A DNA stretch of 64,000 nucleotides, from NCBI GenBank assembly GCA_030950485.1, contig JAUZRK010000014.1, forward strand, positions 2,431-66,430, given 5' to 3'. Below are positions 63,252-64,000 of this stretch, in pieces. The notes under the pieces were generated by a model that did no database searches, was not told the DNA's origin, and was given only the letters and a program-made list of their open reading frames with translations. The translations under genes were made by a program, and so were the position numbers. How positions within the stretch are numbered: position 1 is the first letter of the stretch; every line of letters begins with the position of its first letter. Source of the DNA: Candidatus Dojkabacteria bacterium. GTDB lineage: Bacteria; Patescibacteriota; Dojkabacteria; J137.

Positions 63252-64000
63252 ATGAAAATCAATAAAAACTTTCTTAATATACAGCTTTCTGTATTAGTTG
63301 TTCTATCAACACTATTAACCCCGTTAATATTCTTAATTCCAGCTAAAGCTCAGGTTTATCCAAGCTTTAACCTGTCGGTTGAATGTGTCGAGGAAAATAC
63401 TGATGGTACGTATACAGCGTACTTTGGGTATAGAGATAATGAGTATTACGATATCGATTTAAGGAGTTCTTTAACTACTACAGATAAATTTGGTCCAGCT
63501 ATACTACGGCAAGGAAATATAGATAAAGCCTTTAGTATTACTGACAGTATAGAAAATGATATTACATGGACTGCAAACTATGAAGGTATATTTGAGAGAA
63601 GTGCTACTGCGAGTATTGAGTCAGAGAGGTGTGAGAAAGATTTAGGACCAGGGTACAACCCTGCTCCAGCTGAGGAGACAAATCAAAAGTTAGAAGTAGA
63701 AAATCAAAAGGAGAAAGAACAAATTTCTGTTATAGATCAAGTTGTTCCAGAGGAAAATGAAGAACCAGTAACTAGCAACCTAGAAGCAGAACAAAATATT
63801 GAAGATAATAATTCTCCCCTTCGGGGAGATGCCGGTCCTCCGGCAGAGGGGGTTGTGTTGAATAAAAATATTGATATCTCACTACTAATTATTGATGGAG
63901 ATGTCTTTGCAACGTCAGATTTAGTTAAACTTAATTCAAGCTCTACTTATAACTTAATAGAATCAAGATTACTCCATTGTGATAACAGTTTAGATTGTAA
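63252..64000 (+). CDS. secreted/surface protein, partial (runs off window end)
   Basis: Manual translation shows a signal peptide ending in PAKA, then VECVEENTDGTYTAYFGY and an acidic linker; the frame is open to 64000. Confidence 0.75.
   Translation, partial: MKINKNFLNIQLSVLVVLSTLLTPLIFLIPAKAQVYPSFNLSVECVEENTDGTYTAYFGYRDNEYYDIDLRSSLTTTDKFGPAILRQGNIDKAFSITDSIENDITWTANYEGIFERSATASIESERCEKDLGPGYNPAPAEETNQKLEVENQKEKEQISVIDQVVPEENEEPVTSNLEAEQNIEDNNSPLRGDAGPPAEGVVLNKNIDISLLIIDGDVFATSDLVKLNSSSTYNLIESRLLHCDNSLDC
63813..63852. repeat. GC-rich double-hairpin element inside the CDS
   Basis: TCTCCCC-TTC-GGGGAGA, then TGCCGG-TCCT-CCGGCA, then GAGGGGG. Confidence 0.75.

Noticed and set aside
62945..64000. 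Genomic island integrated at tRNA-Gly
   Set aside because: A normal terminator follows the tRNA, and no integrase or duplicated tRNA 3' end is visible within the window. It cannot be excluded beyond the window edge.

Overview
AT-rich bacterial chromosome segment read with the standard code (table 11). The gene set and style suggest Patescibacteria/CPR, possibly Dojkabacteria-like (inference): AspRS without the GAD insertion, pilin-like and sortase-like genes, weak or absent Shine-Dalgarno sites and many orphan ORFs. Intact housekeeping genes are aspS, mutS, hrcA, grpE, rarA, pepT, dnaE, ppa, rsmE, ychF, tRNA-Thr(CGT) and tRNA-Gly(TCC). About ten mostly accessory genes carry in-frame stops, frameshifts or deletions, including recQ and the pbpC-like/alpha-2-macroglobulin pair, which points to genome erosion or assembly artefacts. 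The best candidate system is a stand-alone DUF559 (Vsr-like) nuclease gene inside a cluster of GC-rich hairpin-plus-tail repeats in both orientations, able to form triplex or G4 structures. A related element sits in-frame in a gene about 24 kb away. Unusual protein architectures include AspRS fused to a YbaK/ProX editing domain, a circularly permuted DsbA, a wHTH-YdjC pseudo-enzyme pair and a duplicated unknown domain fused to GrpE. No CRISPR array, rRNA or recognisable transposase/integrase was seen. All family calls come from motif recognition by eye; no searches were run.
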